In this document: piece after piece, positions 23,333 through 24,000 of the stretch
How the letters are laid out: every line of letters begins with the position of its first letter
Numbering within the stretch: the first letter of the stretch is position 1
From: Nitrososphaerota archaeon
GTDB lineage: Archaea; Thermoproteota; Nitrososphaeria_A; Caldarchaeales; Wolframiiraptoraceae
Direction: 5' to 3'
Assembly: GCA_021163925.1 (NCBI GenBank)
Contig: JAGGTD010000002.1
Location: 1-24,000 of the forward strand
DNA: 24,000 bases
The notes under the pieces: generated by a model
What the model saw: only the letters and a program-made list of their open reading frames with translations
What the model was told of the DNA's origin: nothing
The model's database searches: none
Made by a program: the position numbers and the translations under genes

Positions 23333-23818
23333 ATGGCTTTGCTGGCAGAACTTCCTGAGCCGCTATGGTATAGGAGGCTCGCGATCGAGTATAAGCTTAT
23401 GCATGAGCATGAGCCGTTATTCGATATAGTTGAGGGAGATTTAACCCACTATAAGGGGGTTTTAATAGGCTCAGGACTCTATGAAGGTGGATACTTCAAG
23501 GTTGAGATCCTCTTGTCGAGGAGCTTTCCATTCGTTCCACCGAAGGTTATTTGGTGGACTAGGATATGGCATCCAAACTTCACCGATGAGGTTCCGGCGA
23601 GGATCTGCGAGTCCATCTTTAAGGATGATTGGAGACCTCCCCTCCACCTGATAACGGTTATAGGGGCTTTGAGAAATCTCTTGAACAACCCTAATCCAGA
23701 CGATCCATTAAACACAATAGCGGCGATGGAGATGAAGTTTAGGCCAGATGTATTTAAGGCGAGGGTTAGACAATATATCGAGCTCTACGCGAGACCCGAG
23801 AAATCGTTAATAAAGTAA
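23333..23818 (+). CDS. Ubiquitin-conjugating enzyme (E2, UBC fold)
   Basis: The ORF is open from TTG 23318; ATG 23333 is preferred (161 aa). UBC core: YEGGYFKVEILLSRSFPFVPPKVIWWTRIWHPNF (HPN at 23570-23578), catalytic Cys in ARICESIFKDDWRPP (TGC 23606-23608), then LRNLLNNPNPDDPLN. This tracks the eukaryotic E2 consensus (YPf.PPkv.F.T.i.HPNi...G.iCldiL...W.P......LL..PnpddPl). Confidence 0.85.
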   Translation: MALLAELPEPLWYRRLAIEYKLMHEHEPLFDIVEGDLTHYKGVLIGSGLYEGGYFKVEILLSRSFPFVPPKVIWWTRIWHPNFTDEVPARICESIFKDDWRPPLHLITVIGALRNLLNNPNPDDPLNTIAAMEMKFRPDVFKARVRQYIELYARPEKSLIK

Positions 23819-23831
23819 AATAGATGGCTAG

Positions 23832-24000
23832 ATGAGATCTAATCGAATGCCGGGTTCAGATGGAGTCGAACTAAGCGGCGAGTTGCTGGAGCGATATGAT
23901 AGGCAGCTTAGGCTTGAGGGATGGGATCAGAGGAAGCTAATGGATTCTGAGGTGATCATAGTTGGGGTTGGAGCCATAGGATGTGAGTTGGCTAAAGATC
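23832..24000 (+). CDS. Ubiquitin-activating enzyme E1-like (ThiF/MoeB/Uba adenylation domain), 5' fragment running off the right edge
   Basis: This ORF is not in the supplied track. My manual translation from ATG 23832 (or ATG 23847, same frame; TAG stop at 23829-23831 just upstream) gives MRSNRMPGSDGVELSGELLERYDRQLRLEGWDQRKLMDSEVIIVGVGAIGCELAKD. RYDRQ plus the GxGxxG loop GVGAIGCEL resembles the Uba1/Uba3 block GAGAIGCELLKN. It begins 13 nt after the E2 stop. Confidence 0.8.
   Translation, partial: MRSNRMPGSDGVELSGELLERYDRQLRLEGWDQRKLMDSEVIIVGVGAIGCELAKD

Overview
This is a dense archaeal chromosomal segment, roughly nine-tenths coding, with intermediate GC (near 50% by eye). The proteins look thermophile-style (rich in Glu/Arg/Lys/Ile/Val). 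TATA-like boxes sit 25-35 nt upstream of many starts, neighbouring genes overlap by 4 nt (ATGA/TTGA), several starts are TTG, and both tRNA genes carry anticodon-loop introns. No transposase, integrase or CRISPR array is visible. Most genes are housekeeping: gatD (frame broken), two aminotransferase-fold genes, a HemK-like methyltransferase, TldD/PmbA, UppP, three radical-SAM enzymes, S17e, KEOPS Cgi121 plus a single-domain TsaC/Sua5, RNase HI, L10e, KsgA, DUF655, Rpo4 and L21e. The standout is the right end (22156-24000). An Rpn11-like JAMM protease is transcribed divergently from a 78-aa ubiquitin homologue ending in Gly-Gly-stop, a UBC-fold E2 (HPN motif plus catalytic Cys) and the 5' end of a Uba-like E1. 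This is a eukaryote-type ubiquitylation cassette set directly against the L21e-Rpo4-DUF655-KsgA-L10e gene string. Secondary points:
- a second, MoaD/SAMP-type beta-grasp protein ending in GG, next to t6A genes
- a candidate C/D box sRNA just upstream of it
- a class V aminotransferase-fold protein with Met where the PLP-binding Lys should be
- tandem paralogous pol-beta-type nucleotidyltransferases beside an atypical kinase-fold protein
- a 30-bp in-frame tandem duplication in TldD/PmbA

All family assignments rest on motifs I read by eye; no database search was possible.
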